64,000 nt of DNA from Octopus vulgaris (GCA_951406725.2 OX597818.1:47244001-47308000), one strand, 5' to 3'; counted from the first letter of the stretch, positions 15,792-28,660 are shown. Numbers and translations are program-made. The notes: generated by a model not told the origin, from the letters alone.

Positions 15792-16526
15792 TCCACACCC
15801 ACTTTGGTTGAGAACCATGAAAATAGGTTTAGGTGGAATTAAAAACTGCAGGGATTGCTTTATGAGAGAAGTGGTAGCTAACTAACTACTAAGACGGTTT
15901 CATTTACAGCAACATTGAACAAACCTAATTTTTACCCCCTTATACTCTAATCCCTTATATTTCTGTTCCTATCCTTTGCTTTCCCATACCCACAACTCTT
16001 TCCATCTCCCCTTTGCTTTTCACATATATATACATATATATATGCATGGTTATGTGTATGTAGTGTATATGCACTAACAAACCTTTGTGAATTTCCCTCA
16101 GGGTGATTTATACATAGACACTTTTAGCGAATTCAACTGGTAGTAAAATGATGTGCTATTATGCATCCCCGTGTCTTCTTATATAACTCCCTAACCCCCT
16201 TGTTATTTTGTCTCCGCATTCTTTCTTGAGTCATAGGGATTACAATTTGTGCTGACGAAAATCTTTTAAATCCTTTCACTAAATCTGTGTTCTCATATAG
16301 ACACAGAAGCACTCCTCTGTGTGTGTGTGAAAAAGGATTTACTGGAAGGATGAGAACAAAAATCTGTAAACATACGTCCAGTCTTTGTTATGTTTTTATA
16401 AGATGTGAATGCTGAATTCTAAGCAAACGTGTTTATAGTGTATAATGTATGATTTCTTTGCACATGTATATATATTTGTGTGTGTGTGTGTGTGTATAGA
16501 ATAATATCTCAGTTGATTAAAGTTAA

Positions 16527-16635
16527 AACATGGTCTGGTTTTCACGTTTTTATTATGGCATTTTAACATTAAAAAAAGAAAAAAATGTTTAATGTTAAAA
16601 TGCCATAATAAAAAATGTGAAAAACAGACCATGTT
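16527..16635. repeat. Fold-back inverted repeat, ~46-bp arms, abutting (TA)n
   Basis: AACATGGTCTGGTTTTCACGTTTTTATTATGGCATTTTAACATTAAA vs TTTAATGTTAAAATGCCATAATAAAAAATGTGAAAAACAGACCATGTT. Confidence 0.9.
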
Positions 16636-16971
16636 ATATATATATATATATATATAAGGATAATATTGATATTTAAATATCGATCTTATCAAGTGGCCAA
16701 CATGGGAATAAATACCATACAAAGGTAATAATTATTTAAAACTATAAATAAGGGTATCTGAAAGATACCACCATGCCAAAATAGCAGTCAAAACCCTGAT
16801 CCTAAAAACCACCTTAAATGTTCACATCACGCCATGAGATAAGACAGAGTGACAAAATAAACTAGCAAAAAAGATTTTACTGGATAATTCAAGATCCTGG
16901 ATTTCTGGCTTGGCTTCCAATAAGCTCTGCCTTCATCAGTTGAATATACCAGATGGGTACATAAATACAAA

Positions 16972-17014
<43 letters not shown>

Positions 17015-17206
17015 CATACATTATATATATATACATATATATATATATATAGCGTATATATATATATATATGTTCAACATCCATTGACTAGGTTGCAAAA
17101 GGCAACGAAAATTTTGGAAGCAAAATATAAATAATAAATGAGTGGAAATTGAACTGGTGAGTGTGTTAGGATAAGGCATTAAAACAATATGACTCTCCCC
17201 CAGACG

Positions 17207-17259
<53 letters not shown>

Positions 17260-17661
17260 TTTAAAAGGCCATATCAGATGCCATGATGGACCTAAAGTGT
17301 AGGTACAAGAAGTGGTCAGATTCTGCATAAGGAGTAGACAATCATACTTGCATACATACAGATATACAAAAGAGATATTTAAGGTTGGAATGCCCTTCAA
17401 CAATCAGGGCTGGCCTAGGGTCAAACAATTTTACTTTATACATTTTTCTGCCAACAGTAATCCTACTCCATCCACCCCAATGCAGACACCCACCCAGAAA
17501 TATTTGTTCCCATGTTCCTGGTGCATGGTGTCTGGCTTAGACTCTTCTACACTGTACACTTCTATTTGCATCAATTATAGTATCTCTAAAAGCTCTCTAA
17601 ACCTATCTTGATGGCAGTCCAGAAGCTTTGCATTTGTTAAATGTCTTTTGTAGATGTGCAG

Positions 17662-17770
17662 GACTAGTGCATATCTAGTGACAATGCCCTTATTGTTAAT
17701 AAAGACTAGAGCACATCTAGTGCAGATCTAGTGCATATCTAGTGACAATGCCTTTATTGTTAATAAGGAC
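17662..17770. repeat. Local tandem duplication (~40 bp) with 11-bp sub-repeats
   Basis: CTAGTGCATATCTAGTGACAATGCC(C/T)TTATTGTTAATAA occurs twice, separated by CTAGAGCACAT/CTAGTGCAGAT units. Confidence 0.85.
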
Positions 17771-18649
17771 ATTCATGAAATAAATTCTTTAAAATGCTCA
17801 TAAGGTTTCAGAGGTTCTTTCACCTAAACATGATTATAATTAACTGTAGTAAAGAGTATTCTGAACAAGTATTGAATGAAAAAGTTTAGAGCTTATTTAT
17901 TACCTCTCCTATCAGCTACAGGATTTTCCCTCTGAAAGGGGAGATTGTATAATTTTTGTGTACAAAGTGGGATGTTGCATGGTGATGCAGTGTGAGCAGT
18001 AAATTATTGAAGATGTTCAGAGGCTGGGAAGAAATGAGAGGAACAGTGAAGCACAAATGAATTGCAAGCAAATCTGGGCATAGGAGAATTGGACGCACTG
18101 TGCAAGGAAAGACTGTGCTGGTATGAAGTTTATTAACCCTTCCTTGCAGATGGATGAGCTAAGGTTAACATAGATTAAAATGATATGTCGTAATACATGC
18201 CTTACCATTTACCGAAACTGCTATGAACAATGTTATTAAGTTTTAAAGGTCAACTGCATGTTTACATTAACAGGCAATTGAACAGAAATAAAAATCATAT
18301 GCATTCTGTCTGAGAAACGTAAAACTCAAGCCATTAATTTTAATTAATTTTTTATTAAAGGTTTTAATAAAATTAGATTCAAAAGTCAAATGCAATTTTG
18401 GCACTGTTTCTAAAGCTATGAAACCACCAGATTTATATCCTGAATTAATTATTCTTTAAACAATGGTACTAAGCTGTGGTTTAAGATTTGTCATCAATGA
18501 GAAAATTGCAAGGAAATTTGATATTCTTAGTCTTTTTTTTTTTTTGTTACTGTTTAGAAAGTTTTCTTTTTTTTTTTTCATGAAATATCAATTTAAAGAT
18601 CAATTATTTGGTCATGTTGCTGGTGCCAAAGTATATAAATATATAAATG

Positions 18650-18812
18650 TAGGTATGGCTATGTGATTCAGAAGTTCACTTTGCAATTACATTGGTTTAG
18701 GTTCAATCCCACTGCATGGCACCTTGGTCAAGTGCTTTCTACTCTAGCCTTAAATTTGAACAGTACTTTGTCAGAGGAATTTGGTAAATGGAAATTGTGC
18801 AGAAGTCTTTTA
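18650..18812 (+). mobile_element. SINE family A 5' part, interrupted by a MITE
   Basis: GGTATGGCTATGTG..GGTTCAATCCCACTGCATGGCACCTTGGTCAAGTG..TTGGTAAATGGAAATTG. Confidence 0.7.
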
Positions 18813-18816
18813 TATA

Positions 18817-19330
18817 CCGTAAATCCTCGCGTATAATCTGCATTTTTTTCCAAAAATTTAAAGGTCAAAATCCTAGTGCGTACTGTATACGAGGTTAAAA
18901 ATGAAAAATATTTTCTAAGCAATGTCCGAGTCTCTATTTGCTGTCCGGCAATGTTTATTCAGACGCATTTTGTGATGTCGGGCGCGAAAAAACCTTAAGC
19001 TAAGCCTGAAAGCAATGAAGTCATAAAAGAATCATCCATAACTTGCAGTAAGCAACATTTTTTAAACATTATTACTGTTATTTCTGTTATTTCTTTATTT
19101 TCTGCAAACAAAATGCACAAAAAAGCTACACGTTTGCATTATGTTATATATATAATAATAATAAAGGATGTTACAGTATACAGTAAACCAAGGACGTTAT
19201 ATAGACCTCCTTGACTCAAGTTCGAGAAGGAGTGCGTATTATACACAAGGTTTAGGTTTTTCAGAGGTACAACCCCTAAAAATCCCCTGCGTATTATACA
19301 CAAGAGCAGACTATACTCGAGGATTTACGG
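18817..19330. mobile_element. Tc1/mariner(pogo-like) MITE with TA target duplication
   Basis: TA|CCGTAAATCCTCGCGTATAATCTGC ... GCAGACTATACTCGAGGATTTACGG|TA; subterminal TGCGTATTATACACAAG repeats. Confidence 0.85.
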
Positions 19331-20044
19331 TATGTATATAGGTGTATATATGTATCTTGTTTGTAAACATGAGACAACAGAAAAAAAAAAAAACTTTTAC
19401 AAGGAAGTGCTTTGTGATATTAGTTGTGCATTGAGTTAGAGACACACCCTTATATCTTTCTTATTCAGAAATGTTGCAAACCAGTAATTAGCTTGTTAGA
19501 AACTCGTAACCAATGATACTTATTGTTCGTTAGCGGCAATATGAAAATACATGTGAAGAAAAACCCGTTTAAAACGAGGTGGGGGAGGGAAAAAAAGCCC
19601 GCTCTCTTCTCATCAATTACTGACCTACTTATTCATTTTTCGTTTGTGGATTGACCAAGCATGTTCATAACAGTTGAATAAACCCGCGATACATAATAAG
19701 CTTTGTCGTTATTAAACATTTCTGTTATAAGAAGCATCACCATATTGAATCTATTAGGATACTAATGAATGATATCTTGGTTGTTTATTTATTGATTAAT
19801 CTTTCTGACGCTTTAGTTTAGTCCTGTTGACCACCGTGTTTTAGCCGATCTTCAAACGTTATATTATCATGAATCATTTTTTTTTCCTTCTTTTCTTTTC
19901 TTTTCTCAAAATATATTCCTGATGAGTCACAGGAAATACGTTTCTCAGTGTCTTAGTTCTTATGTTGTTATGCTTCAAGGTTCAGTTAGTCAACGTGTTA
20001 AAGTATTGGTTGACTTAAAATATGCAATGTATAGTAGTCTCTGT

Positions 20045-20455
20045 TATCTCTTACTTGTTTCAGTCATTGGGCTTTGGCCATACTGGAGCACCACCTTGAA
20101 AGGTTATCGTTAAACAAATCAACCCCAATATTGAAGTTAAGTCTGGTACTTTATCAGTCTCTTTTGTTGAACCACTACGTGACGGTGACATAAAAAAATC
20201 CAGTACCGGTTGTGAAGTGCTGGGGTGGTGGTGCCAACGTACACACACTCTCTCTCTCTCTTTCACGCTCACACACACACACACACACACACACACAATA
20301 GCTTCTACATACTTTGGTCCACTAAACTCACTCACAAGGCATTCATTGGTAAATTCAGAGCTATAGTAGAAAACACTTGCCCAAGGTGCCACACTTGAAC
20401 CTGATCGAACCTGAAACCATGTGATTGCAAAGCAAGCTTCTTAACCACACATTGT
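20045..20455 (-). mobile_element. SINE family A, diverged
   Basis: Tail TTACTTGTTTCAGTCATTGG, internal (CT)n(CA)n, head AAGCTTCTTAACCACAC. Confidence 0.8.
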
Positions 20456-20664
20456 CTATTTAGTACAGTAGCCTTTCCGTTTTCACACCTATATTTCTTG
20501 ACAAATGAAGTACTGAAGCATTGCATTGCATTTTTAACCTTTTAGAATGACAAAGAAATAGTCTGACAAATCTTTTTATAATTTCTTAGAGATCCAATAT
20601 GCCAATGACTGTTATTGAAGTCAACAGAATCTTGCAAAATACCCAACACACATCTTCAATGATC

Positions 20665-21450
20665 AGACATGGCTGTGTGGTTAAGAAGCTTGCTTCCCAA
20701 CCATTTGGAACCGGGTTCAGTCCCACTGCATTGCACCTTGGGCAAATATCTTCTACTATATCCCCAAGCCTACCAAAGTTGTATGAGTGGATTTCGTAGA
20801 TGGAAACTTGGAGAAATCCATCATTTCTGTTTTTTGTTTTTTAATTGAGGTATCATCCAGTCAGGCTGATTTCCTGGGCCAGCCTGACTACCTATCTCCA
20901 TCCCCCCAATCTTCCATTAGTGTTTTTAGGTCCTTAATTTGGCATCCAACAACTTCTGCAAGCTATTGTATATATGTCTTCCATGATCTTCTGGCTGCTG
21001 TACTACCATGATTTGGTGTTCACAGCAACACATTAATCACTAGTTCTTTACTCCTCCAGCAGTGGCCAGCAAATCTCAATTTCTGCTCTTGGATGGTTGA
21101 TGAAAGTCAGTACATTCCCATATAACCATTGTTTTGTTGGGTGCTCTCTCCAAGAGATATTGAGCACTGCACATAACATTCTAGTAGAGGCACTGTCCAG
21201 CATCCATCATACATATATATATGTGTGTGTTGTGTGTGTATGTTGACATTGTGTGATTGTTGTAAACAATTGTCATAGAAGTGTTACCCCTTGTTTCCAA
21301 TTTTCTGCGGAAACATGTCCAGCCATGGAGAAAAATTATCTTACTTGAAAACTAGTGAGGGTTGGTGATGAGGTGTCTTACTGTAAGAAAATTTGCCTCA
21401 ACAAATTCCATTGGACTCATGGAAATTCCAAAATATGAACACTGATGATT
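20665..21450 (+). mobile_element. SINE variant A' (family A head + RTE-like tail), interrupted by an RTE insertion
   Basis: Head at 20665-20824; tail at 21202-21450 homologous to 56520-56750. Confidence 0.65.
20825..21201 (-). pseudogene. 5'-truncated RTE-clade LINE (ORF C-terminus) with 9-bp TSD
   Basis: Translates LDSASTRMLCAVLNISWREHPTKQWLYGN..KLRFAGHCWRSKEL; ATCCATCAT duplicated at 20816-20824 and 21202-21210. Confidence 0.85.
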
Positions 21451-21491
21451 TCATTAAGATATAAACCATCAGTATTTCTCAAAAGCTTTAA

Positions 21492-21700
21492 CCGTTAAGC
21501 AATTAAACCGACCATATCTGGCTCAAACGTTCTTGTTTTATGTTCAGACTAGCCAGATCCAGCTTCTCACACCTAGCCTACAATGTCATTCTAAAAATAA
21601 ATAATCACATCATTGAAATCTCAAAGCTACAAGATAACACATGATTAATTCAAAACGGTGTGAATAAATAAACTTTATATTTGAGATTATAATCTAAATA
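21492..21700. mobile_element. piggyBac-like MITE, family 2, diverged
   Basis: TTAA|CCGTTAAGCAATTAAACCGACCATATCT..; homologous to 24535-25060 and 52941-53143. Confidence 0.65.
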
Positions 21701-22377
21701 TAAATTCTTGCAGTTTTTAAATCCTGAAACCTTTATTCATAACTCAATAATTTCCTGGTTGGATTTGAACGTTTCCTTAATTTCTAAATGTTAATAAATT
21801 ACATTCATATTATAATAACAAATATTATTTTTAACATGTACATTTATGAGAGTATCTATAACTCTCATCAGAAGATATTTAACATTCTTTTGATATTAAT
21901 AAATGTCTGTGGAGTCTCTAACTTCCTTCATATCAGGAAATTACCTACACATTTTTATTTATAGCTGTGCACTTTTTTTCCTGCTGCATTTAGGAAGTTC
22001 TTTATTTTTTTATTTTTTACTGGTTTCAGCCATTGAACTTTGGCATTTCTGGTGACTCTGTCGAGTGTTTTCAGCCAATTGTACTGACCTTTGTACTAAC
22101 TGACTTTTGTATTGATCCTATTACTAATTTCATAATTATTCACGGAGTGGCTAACTTACCCGTTTTTGATGCACCTCTATATGCTGATTTGCACCAATAA
22201 GCACGAAAACACTCACGTGTAGGTGTGTGGTTCAGAAGTTTGTTTTGCTACCAGGTTTCTAGGTTTGAATTCATTGTGTGGTACCTTGAGCAAGTGTTTT
22301 CCGCTACAATCCCAGATTGAATAATGCCATGTGAGTAGAATTTGGTGAATAGAAACCTGTCATTATCATCATATAAA

Positions 22378-22610
22378 AGGCAGCAAGCTGGCAGAAAGGT
22401 TAGCACGTCGGGCGAAATGCTTAGCGGTATTTCATCTAGCGGTTACATTCTGAGTTCAAATTCCACCGAGGTCGCCTTTGCCTTTCATCCTTTCGGGTCG
22501 ATGAAATAAGTACCAGTTACACACTGGGGTTGATATAATTGACTTAATCCCTTTGTCTGTCCTTGTTTTCCCCCTCTATGTTTAGCCCCTTGTGGGCAAT
22601 AAAGAAATAA
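22378..22610 (+). mobile_element. tRNA-derived SINE family B
   Basis: GGCAGCAAGCTGGCAGAAAGGTTAGCACG head, TTCTGAGTTCAAATTCC B-box, CTTTGCCTTTCATCCTTTCGGGTCGATGAAATAAGTACCAG core; flanks AGAAACCT(G/C)TCAT(T/C)ATCATCATATAAAA are duplicated (TSD-like). Confidence 0.85.
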
Positions 22611-22659
22611 GAAACCTCTCATCATCATATAAAAAGGTATTCCTTTTTATATTTCATCT

Positions 22660-23032
22660 ATTACTTGTTTCAGTCATTAGACTTGTAGCCATGCTGGAGC
22701 ACGACCTTCAAGTATTTTAGTCTGACGAATCAACCCCCAGTACTTTAAAAAGTATATATTTTAAGCCTGGTTCTTATTCTATTGGTCTCTTTGGCCAAAC
22801 TGCTAAGTTACATGGTCAGACACATCAACACTGGTTGTCAAGTGGTGGTAGAGATAAACACACACACACACACATGACGGACTTCTTTCAGTTTCTATCT
22901 GGAAAATCCACTCACAAGGCTTTGGTTGGCCTGAGGCTATAGTAGAAGACATTTACTCAAGTTGCCACACAGTGAGACTGAACTCAGAGCCATGTGGTTT
23001 CAGAGCAAACATCTTGCCGCACAACCAAGCCT
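22660..23032 (-). mobile_element. SINE family A
   Basis: Co-linear with other A copies. Confidence 0.85.
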
Positions 23033-23369
23033 ATATACACACATACACACAATAGAAATATGTCTTATACATGAGTGATTCCATGTCTGTTTACTACTGT
23101 AAAACCAGTGTTGTATCAAAAAGAACTTAATACTTATTTTAACAATCTTTACGGTACTGTGTTACAGAGTTTGATATAACTGACCAAACCTACAGTAACT
23201 GAAACCAATGCAGGAAAGGAAGGAGTTAAGAGAGGTTTTCTAAGTTACTGTTTATCAAATTTCACATGGAGGGCATTGTTTTATCTGATGCTACTGTAGA
23301 AAGCACCTGTCCAAGGTGTTAAGCAGTGGGGGTTGAATCAGGAGCATTTTTGTTTACCAGAACATCACT

Positions 23370-23647
23370 ATCGTTACCAACGTCGCTTCACTGGCACCTG
23401 TGCTGGTGGCACGTGTAAAAAGATTCGAGCGAGGTCATTGCCAGTACCGCCTGACTGGCCCCCTTGCCGGTGGCATGTAAAAGCACCCACTACACTCTCA
23501 AAGTGGTTGGCGTTAGGAAGGGCATCCAGCTGTAGAAACTCTGCCAGATCAAGATTGGAGCCTGGTGCAACCATCTGGCTTGCCAGCCCTCAGTAAAAAT
23601 CGTCCAACCCATGCTAGCATGGAAAGCGAACGTTAAACGATGATGAG
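23370..23647 (+). mobile_element. 5'-truncated RTE-LINE 3'UTR (2 hairpin units + core + (GAT)n tail)
   Basis: GTGGTTGGCGTTAGGAAGGGCATCCAGCTGTAGAAAC core; CCCATGCTAGCATGGAAAGCGAACGTTAAACGATGATGA end. Confidence 0.8.
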
Positions 23648-23864
23648 TTTATCAAAGTTCAAATTAAAAGATCAAATATATAAAGCAATTTAACAAATGA
23701 CCATTTTTGAATTCAGTTAGATACATAACCCTTTCTATTTGAAATTAAAGCATATTTTAACTATAAAATGTAACATGAAGTAATACGCATGAAATAAAAT
23801 TATATTGAAAAGTTTACCTTTACAAAATTTGAGAAATATTGTACCCTGAGGCAGTGGCCTACAG

Positions 23865-24144
23865 CAGTGCTTCTCAAACTCTCTGATGTGGTGTACCATC
23901 AGTTTTTTTTTTCCAATGTGTCAGGAACCGGTAATATTAGTTTATTCTGGAAACAATATATATAATGAACATAATAAAAGAGTTGACAATTCTTTTTATC
24001 TTATATTTATTTTGTAAACAAATAATACAATATTACGTAAGCATTTTATAATGTTTGTTTCTTTTCTGGAAACTTGCTGTGTACTGGCAGCTGATGGCTT
24101 GCATACCGACACAAGTCCATGGACCACCACTTTGAATAACACTG
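23865..24144. mobile_element. hAT (Charlie-like) MITE
   Basis: TIR CAGTGCTTCTCAAA / TTTGAATAACACTG; degenerate 8-bp flanks GCCTACAG / CTCTATAG. Confidence 0.7.
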
Positions 24145-24617
24145 CTCTATAGTACAGGGGTTAAATCAAAATCCGAAGTTTACTAACTTTTTTTTTTTTT
24201 TTTTGTCTTAGACAAAACTGCTTCTACCAGATCCTACTTCACAGAAGTCTTTAAATCTGATTTGATTATTTTCATATTAGTGTCTGCAAAACTGGTAGTT
24301 TTAACATATATTACATTTGGTTGGAATTGGAACATTATTTTTTAGACTCTGAACCCAATAATGGCAGAAGCACAGACTACCATGAATGTATTTGCTCTGC
24401 CTACCATTTCTTACTGGTGTTGCATTAAATTCTACCCATGACTGATGTTGAGACTATTTTAGTTTCTTTGTTTTCTATTTCTACTGATTATCCCTCCAGA
24501 CAGATCTTAGAAACACCACAAATAGAACACTTAACCCTTTATCATTTAAACCAGCCATATCTACCTGCTTTTATGTTCAAACTGGCCAGATCTGTCTTCT
24601 CACACCTACCATACAAT

Positions 24618-24927
24618 AAATTTTTTAATAATATATTATCATTATTACTATCAGGAAATTAATATCCATACTCATCATAAAGATATACCTGTGTGAAAGA
24701 ATTTATTGTATTAAAAATAGGTATAAAAATATATATATAAAAAATAAATTTAAATATAATGTATAAAATAAATTTGATAGTTTAAAAGTTTTGAATTAAT
24801 TATTTAAGCATCTTACGATTGTTTCACAGAAGAGTTACCCCTATAATGAAATCCTATATTGATAAGCATTTATAGACAACCCTTCTGCTCTTCAGAGATA
24901 TAAAATACAACTATATATATTCAGTAT
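24618..24927 (-). mobile_element. Penelope-like terminal-repeat fragment with 11-bp TSD
   Basis: TACCATACAAT duplicated at 24607-24617 and 24928-24938; contains a hammerhead motif. Confidence 0.65.
24809..24900 (-). ncRNA. Minimal type-I hammerhead ribozyme motif
   Basis: Minus strand: stem I UAUCU, CUGAAGA, 12-bp stem II GCAGAAGGGUUG/UAACUCUUCUGU, GAAA, CAAUCG, UA, stem I AGAUG. Confidence 0.65.
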
Positions 24928-25529
24928 TACCATACAATGTCATTCTAAAAATAATTTATCACATTGAAATCTCTAAGCTACAAGATAATTCATGTCTAAT
25001 TCAAAAACAAAGTGAATAAAGTAGCATTAAATTTTACAGAGTAATCTAAATACTAAATGGTTGATGTGCTTAGATAGTATTAAGAGGAATTTTACTAAAA
25101 AATCAGTTGTCATTTGTTGTAGATTTAGTACATTTTAACTTTGCTTAACTTTGTCAGGCATTTATCAGTAGTAAATGTCATAACCTGGTTTTGAAATACT
25201 TCAACAGTTAAAATCTATTTTTTCTCTTTCTTCAAACCAGGTGACATAATTTAATTCATATGTCTCTGTTAAATCTCTTACCCCCGCAACATACCCCACT
25301 CTCTCAGTCTGTGCCTACTCATTACACCCCACTTTATCTCCTACTTTCCTCTCACAATCTTGTGAACTCACCCATCCACCCACATGTCCACTTCACTATA
25401 TACACCTCCCTCTAACTTGGATGTACAACCCCTGTCCCCCTCCCTTTTACATCATCCTCTCTCTCTCTCTCTCTCTACTCTAAGTAGTTATGTTTCTTTT
25501 CTAATGCAAGACACCACTTTTTATCCCTC

Positions 25530-25736
25530 AATACTGCCTGATTGGCCCTCGTGCCGGTGGCACGTAAAAGCACCCACTACACTCTCAGAGTGGTTGGCGT
25601 TAGGAAGGGCATCCAGCTGTAGAAACTCTGCCAGATCAGACTGGAGCCTGGTGCAGCCATCTGGTTCGCTAGACCTCTGTCAAATCATCCAACCCATGCT
25701 AGCATGGAAAGCAGACATTAAACGATGATGATGATG
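25530..25736 (+). mobile_element. 5'-truncated RTE-LINE 3'UTR
   Basis: One hairpin unit, core and (GAT)n tail. Confidence 0.8.
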
Positions 25737-27014
25737 AATACTACTCCCCCCAGTTGAGGGGGTCTTGTCTTGCAAGTTTCTTGGTGGCCTCACTGCTGCT
25801 GTTGCCACGTAAAAATCACCCATTACACTCTGTTAAGTGGTTGGCATAAGGAAGGGCACACAAGCATAAGAACCATGCAAAAGCAGACAGCAGAATTTAG
25901 TGCAGTCTTCTGACTTACCAGTTCCTGTCAAGCCATCCTACCTGTGCCAGCAGGTAGGATGCTTTTTTGTTTTTTTTAGAAAAAGCAACCTACAGCAATT
26001 CATTTCTGTGTTTGACTGTAACCTCATTATTGTTTGAGGTTGCTAGTTCATACCCAAGATAAACATTGTACTGCTTGCTTTATTGTCTGTCCTAGATTGT
26101 CATGAATAGGATTGACTATGTCTTATCTGTAGTTATGCAATCTTATCAACACAAATTTGTAGACCCACTTCTTTTGCTTATGCAGGTTAGTGTTTAATGT
26201 AGTGAAGGCAAGTCATGTCAATCTTAATAACAGCAATATTAGCTGCATAATTTAAGGCTAGAGATCATTTGACCCCTAACTGAAGATGATAATAGTACCA
26301 TATTTTGGTACTGTTGCTTTTTCAGTTTTTAAGGCAATTGCAGCTGTTACTACTTGGAAATGAATCTCTTATGATAACTGATAAAATGTCCTTATTTTAA
26401 CATTTTCCATTATGTCTACAAATGTAGTCGTGTCAACATTGGTTTACATTTCAATTATTACAAGTCAGTCAATTTCTTTGTTTAAAATGTTGTAAAATTA
26501 TAGCAAAAAAAGAAAAAGAGCAGGATTTAGCTACTGAATTTCAGATAATTTTTCTGTCATGTGTTGAACAAAATTAGTTATTTTGTAAATCTATTTTCAG
26601 TTTGACTGGGTGTTCACACTAAGTATAATCATCATATTAACTGTGATTATTTTGTCTACGAATAATTCTTACTGTTTCAAAAGTTAATTTTCTTTTAAAC
26701 TTTCATTAGTTTGTCAGTAGTTCAAAGATTACTTTTGACAAGAGTTTGAAAAATAAAATGTAATCACTATAATGGAAGGTGCTGCCTAAATTTCAGTTTA
26801 CAGATAAAAAAAAAAAAAGTCATAAATTGAAATTTAAAGATTTATTTCCTTGATATAAATTGGTGCCTACAATGGTTTTTGCATAAAGTGTTTGTTTCAC
26901 AAAGAAAGGAAAAGAGTATTTAAGCTGACAGATATTAAGTCAGTGCAGTAGAAATTTGAATAATAGCTCCAAACTCTGTTGGGTTGGTTTTTATGAATGA
27001 GGACAGTTTTTGCT

Positions 27015-27330
27015 TATCATCATCATTTAACATCTATTGTCCATGCTGACATGGGTTGGGTAGTTTGATCAGGGCTGGTAAGCTGAGGGGCTGCAATAGA
27101 CTCCAGTTTGATTTGGCATGGTTTCTGCAGCTGGATGCCTTCCTAACGCCAACTACACCAAGAGTGTAATGGGTGCATTTACATGCTACCAGCACAGGTG
27201 TCAGTTGCATGACACCAGTATCTGCTATGACTATGATTTCACTTGGCTTGATGGGTCTTCTTCTCAAGCACAGCATATTACCAAAGGTCTCGGTCACTAG
27301 TTATTGCCTCCATGAAGCCCAACGTTTGAA
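27015..27330 (-). mobile_element. RTE-LINE 3' end: ORF C-terminus contiguous with the hairpin/core 3'UTR
   Basis: Minus strand TLGFMEAITSDRDLW*YAVLEKK runs into GCACCCATTACACTC..GTTGGCGTTAGGAAGGCATCCAGC core and (GAT)n. Confidence 0.75.
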
Positions 27331-27361
27331 GATATTTTTAATAACTATTTATATTAACTGT

Positions 27362-27596
27362 GGAGGCACGTGGTTTAGTGGTTAAGGCGTCAGCATCATG
27401 ATTGTAAGATTGTGGTTTTGATTCCTGGACCGGGAGGTGCATTGTGTTCTTGAGCAAAACACTTCATTTCACATTGCTCCAGTCTACTCAGCTGGCAAAA
27501 ATGAGTAATGCTGTGATCAACTGGCTTCCCGTCTGGCTGGGGAACAATTACGCCATTGAAACCAGGAAACCTGGCCCATGAGCCTGGCTAGGCTTT
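27362..27596 (+). mobile_element. tRNA-derived SINE family E
   Basis: GGAGGCACGTGGTTTAGTGGTTAAGGC head, TGTTCTTGAGCAAAACACTT core, tail shared with family D. Confidence 0.7.
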
Positions 27597-27719
27597 ATTT
27601 TATTTTTATTATTTATATTAACTATTTATTCAAAATATGTGTGTGTGTGTATGTATTTATGTTTATGTATGTATTCGTGTGTGTATGTATATTTATTGAA
27701 ATATACTTTCTAATCTTTC

Positions 27720-28075
27720 CGTCCCACTGCGTGGCATCTTGGGCAAGTGTCTTCTGCTATAGCCCCGGGCCGACCAATGCCTTGTGAGTGGATTTGGTTG
27801 ACGGAAACTGAAAGAAGCCTGTCGTATGTATGTATATATATATATATGTATGTGTGTGTATATGTTTGTGTACCTGTGTTTGTCCCCCTAGCATTGCTTG
27901 ACAACCGATGCTAGTGTGTTTACGTCCCCGCCACTTAACGGTTCGGCAAAAGAGACCGATAGAATAAGTGCTGGGCTTACAAAGAATAAGTCCCGGGGTC
28001 GATTTGCTCGACTAAAGGCGGTGCTCCAGCATGGCCACAGTCAAATGACTGAAACAAGTAAAAGAGAGAGAGAGT
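27720..28075 (+). mobile_element. SINE family A, 5'-truncated, young
   Basis: High similarity to other A copies, CpGs retained. Confidence 0.9.
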
Positions 28076-28660
28076 AATCTGTTTTTCAAACACACATACT
28101 TTAACCAGGTTTTAAACTGAGTTAACTGTTTTGCGAACAGCTTTGCCAATTGGTTGCAACTCAAATAAATCTACTTTAAAATTGCTTTATTCTTGATTTC
28201 TCTCTGATTACAGATTTATCTGCTGGTTTATTTGTTTGCATGTCTTGTTTGCATACCAGCTAACCCGTTTTCATTTTCATTGTGTATAAATGCATATACC
28301 TTGAGTTTATACACATGCACTCACACAGAGCTTACCTGTCACCCACAAGCAAATATGACCAGTAGCTTGTACCACACTTTTGCTGATTGTTTTAAGACAC
28401 TCTTTGACCCGTTGGAACATTGAAGAGGTGACAGCTGATAAGAGGGAAAGAGAGCTTCTCTAGCAACTGGCTGCTATTTATAAGACTGATGCAATGTCAA
28501 ATGAAAAATTTTATTCAACAACACAATGCAGCCTTGGTCCAGGAACCGAATGCTTGACCTTACAATTGTATACCGGATACTCTAACCCTTAAGGCATGCA
28601 TTCTCACCAACACACACACACACACACACAAGAAACACACTCTAAAGGATAGAGCTGTAA

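Larger units (their letters stand above)
24535..25060. mobile_element. piggyBac-like MITE family 2, interrupted by a 310-bp insertion
   Basis: TTAA|CCCTTTATCATTTAAACCAGCC start; the MITE resumes at 24928. Confidence 0.7.

Noticed and set aside
15800-15930. Possible Penelope GIY-YIG C-terminal remnant next to the large microsatellite
   Set aside because: Only a vague resemblance, with stops and frameshifts; not enough to call.
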